Below, piece by piece: positions 61,691 through 64,000 of a DNA stretch of 64,000 nt; position 1 is the first letter of the stretch; every line of letters begins with the position of its first letter. The DNA comes from Longimicrobiales bacterium (GTDB lineage: Bacteria; Gemmatimonadota; Gemmatimonadetes; Longimicrobiales; Gaopeijiaceae): NCBI GenBank assembly GCA_965203485.1, contig OZ241892.1, positions 1,504,001 through 1,568,000 on the forward strand, in the 5' to 3' direction. The notes under the pieces were generated by a model. It was not told the DNA's origin, made no database searches, and saw nothing but the letters and a program-made list of their open reading frames with translations. Both the position numbers and the translations under genes were made by a program.

Positions 61691-61914
61691 GCTCGGGCAA
61701 CGTCGGAAGACGGCGGGCAGGCGTCAATACTGGCGCGTCCGCTTCACAAACCGCGGGCACGCCCGATCGGCGGGATGCCGTCGGCGCGCGCTCGAAATCC
61801 GGCTGGCGCGGGGCGCGAAACGCGGCGCCGGCCGCGAAACCCCGCGTTGGGGGCCCCGGGAAGAATCGAGCAGGCGCAGGCGGCAAGGACGCGGAAGAAG
61901 CAAGGTCCGACGCG

Positions 61915-62712
61915 CTATCGCGGCGACTTGCGCGACGGACGCTTGCGCTCGCGCTCCCGCCGGCCCGGAGCGCGGCCGCCCGGGCGCGAGCCGACCGCGA
62001 CTCTGGCGGACTTGATTTCGGATCGGAGGGCGGGCCGCCACCGTCCGACCTCGAGCGGCCCCAGGCGGAACGGGCCAAACCGGATGCGGCGGAGAGCGGC
62101 GGCTGGACACCCGACCGCCCTCAGGAGTCGGCGAACTTCGCGCTTGCGTCCTTCGGCCAAGACCAGCCGGACGCCCCATTCGCCGCCCTCCGTGCGCGTC
62201 TTGCGCACTCTCTTGGGGCGGGCGAACCCGTCGTCCAGCTCCACTCCGGCCTTGAGCGCGCGGATCGTCCGGGCCGTGACCGGTCCTCTCACCGCGGCCA
62301 CGTACTCGCGTTCGATTCGGCCGCCGGGATGGGCAAGGGCCGCGGCCAAGTCGCCGTCGTTGGTCATCAGGAGCAACCCCGACGTGTCGCGGTCCAAGCG
62401 TCCGACGTACCGCAGACCCGCTGCCCACGGGGGCAGCACGTCGTAGACGGTATCGCCTCCATAGGGGTCGTTCCGCGTGCAGAGGACGCCCGCGGGCTTG
62501 TGGAACGCGATCCAACGCCGGGGCGCGGGGCGGACGACCTTCCCGTCCAAGGACACGACGTCCACGCCGGGCGCCACACGAACACCCGGTTGCTTCGTGG
62601 GCTGGCCGTTGACGGCGATCCTGCCCTGCTCCAGCATCGCCTCGGCCTGTCTCCGCGACGCGACGCCGGCCTGCGAGAGGTACTTCTGGACGCGGACGGG
62701 GGCGGCCGTCAC
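61915..62712 (-). CDS. rluB: RsuA/RluB-family rRNA pseudouridine synthase
   Basis: S4 domain RVQKYLSQAGVASRR, VGRLDRDTSGLLLMTNDG, EGRKREVRR; follows scpAB. Confidence 0.88.
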   Translation of the reverse strand: MTAAPVRVQKYLSQAGVASRRQAEAMLEQGRIAVNGQPTKQPGVRVAPGVDVVSLDGKVVRPAPRRWIAFHKPAGVLCTRNDPYGGDTVYDVLPPWAAGLRYVGRLDRDTSGLLLMTNDGDLAAALAHPGGRIEREYVAAVRGPVTARTIRALKAGVELDDGFARPKRVRKTRTEGGEWGVRLVLAEGRKREVRRLLRAVGCPAAALRRIRFGPFRLGPLEVGRWRPALRSEIKSARVAVGSRPGGRAPGRRERERKRPSRKSPR

Positions 62713-63458
62713 AGGTCCGCGGCGCGGTCGGCGCGAGCCGCATCCGCGGCGGGATCGGGATCCTCGGGGCCGGGGCCGACGGGCGTGGAACCGGCGTCGG
62801 CGCGGTCGGCGTGAGCGGGGCCCGCATGGGCCAAGACGGCTTCGACGGCGTCCGTGGGCGTGAGTTCCGGGTCGACGGAGGCGCTGGGGTCGCCCGCTTC
62901 GGCCTCTTCCGAGAGCGGAGCCTCGGCCGCGGCCGGATCGCGCAGCACGATGGGCAGCTCCTCGGGCCTGGGGAGGGCGTCCAGCGACTCGAAGCCGAAG
63001 TGCTCCAGGAATTGCGGCGACGTGCCGTACAGGACCGGGCGCCCTATTCCGTCCCCCCGCCCCACGACGTGGACGAGCTCTCGGGCGAGCAACGTGCGGA
63101 TCACGCCGGACGAGGCGACGCCGCGCACGCTCTCGACGTCCACGCGGCTGATCGGTTGCCGGTAGGCGACGATGGCCAACGCTTCGAGGGCCGGCCCGGA
63201 AAGGCGCGACGGCTTCGCGACGGTGTCGAGCTGTTCGAGATACGGTGCAAATTCCGGCCGGGTCATGAGCTGGACGCCGCCCGCCACTTGCCGGAGCTCG
63301 AATGCCCGGCCGGACTCGGCGTAGTGCGTCCGAAGCTCGGCCAGCGCCGCCTCGACCCGGTCCTCGTCGAGCGCCTCGTCCGCCCGGGCAATCTCCTCCG
63401 GAGACAGCGGCGCGTCGCTCGCGAAGAGGACGGCCTCGACGACGCTCGCGTCGTTCAC
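62709..63458 (-). CDS. scpB: SMC-Scp complex subunit ScpB
   Basis: VEAVLFAS, LS..ALEALAIVAYRQPISR...RGV, GRPVLYGTS..FLEHFG..SL..LP; GTG overlaps the scpA stop. Confidence 0.94.
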   Translation of the reverse strand: MNDASVVEAVLFASDAPLSPEEIARADEALDEDRVEAALAELRTHYAESGRAFELRQVAGGVQLMTRPEFAPYLEQLDTVAKPSRLSGPALEALAIVAYRQPISRVDVESVRGVASSGVIRTLLARELVHVVGRGDGIGRPVLYGTSPQFLEHFGFESLDALPRPEELPIVLRDPAAAEAPLSEEAEAGDPSASVDPELTPTDAVEAVLAHAGPAHADRADAGSTPVGPGPEDPDPAADAARADRAADL

Positions 63459-64000
63459 GGCGCCGAGGGGGCCGCCGAGGCCGCGGCGGCCGGGCGTTCG
63501 GGCGGCGGCTCGTGGACCGCCGGACCCGCGGCAGGGCCCTTCGCAGAAGGTTGTCCGTACTCCGCGCCGATGTCGCCGAGTCCTCCGAACGCGCGCTCGT
63601 TCATCTGTCGGCCCGCGTATATCCAAAGGGGCGAGAACGGCTCTCTCTGGCGAAGAGACACGATCTGCCGCTTCCCCAGCTCGAGGCCCGCGAGCAACGT
63701 CATGACTCCGTGCATGCTCCGTCTCCACGGAGCCACCAAGCTGCGGAACTCGATCCGCCGCACGCGCCTGAGCGTCTGCACGATCAGATCGGCCTTGCCG
63801 CGCATCGCCACCGGCCTTGGTCGCACCCGGTGCGCCGCATCCCTCTCCTGGGGCGGCTCCACGCCGAGAGCGACCGCGTAGATTTCGTCCCAAGCGACCT
63901 CGAGCGGCATCCTCCGCGGCCGGGGCGGCCTGGCCGGCACATAGCCCTTCGCGAAGCGACGACGGCGGTCGTCCTCGGCGGCTCGGAAGCGGTGGGCAAT
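63455..64000 (-). CDS. scpA: Segregation/condensation protein A, 3' part (runs off right edge)
   Basis: Open to the edge (IAHRFRAAEDDRRRRFAKG); C-terminal winged helix TLLAGLELGK...LRQREPFSPLWI; directly upstream of scpB. Confidence 0.85.
   Translation of the reverse strand: MAHRFRAAEDDRRRRFAKGYVPARPPRPRRMPLEVAWDEIYAVALGVEPPQERDAAHRVRPRPVAMRGKADLIVQTLRRVRRIEFRSLVAPWRRSMHGVMTLLAGLELGKRQIVSLRQREPFSPLWIYAGRQMNERAFGGLGDIGAEYGQPSAKGPAAGPAVHEPPPERPAAAASAAPSAP

Overview
High-GC bacterial chromosomal segment. The 16S sequence and gene content (PorV-like barrel, DUF1592/DUF1552/ankyrin cluster, DUF5916 protein, giant cadherin/Ig adhesins) suggest Gemmatimonadota, possibly a marine or host-associated lineage; this is inference, not a database result. 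Two paralogous giant Ig-like repeat surface proteins lie on the minus strand at <1..4800 (absent from the ORF track because it runs off the window) and 47216..58750. Between them are: a PorV-like gene; era; a solitary 16S rRNA gene with no ITS tRNA or 23S, followed directly by era; tRNA-His; a serine hydrolase; tRNA-Arg; divergent ku/ligD; an SBP + output-less HAMP sensor + OFA-MFS trio; oligopeptidase A; two GGTs flanking a glnS-YqeY fusion; an RND efflux operon; a cold-shock gene; an AI-2E transporter; a peroxiredoxin; a DUF1592-DUF1552-ankyrin operon; and a DUF5916 protein. To the right are an IS remnant, a POT transporter and rluB-scpB-scpA. The most notable signals are: (1) era embedded in the 16S pre-rRNA trailer and lacking an in-frame canonical start; (2) an ATG-(C)26 probable phase-variation switch ahead of the 3844-aa adhesin; (3) a hypervariable loop and lower-GC tip in the adhesin repeats; (4) a symmetric 26-bp bidirectional, probably leaderless, promoter between ku and ligD. 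Most other ORF-track entries are GC-driven shadow ORFs.
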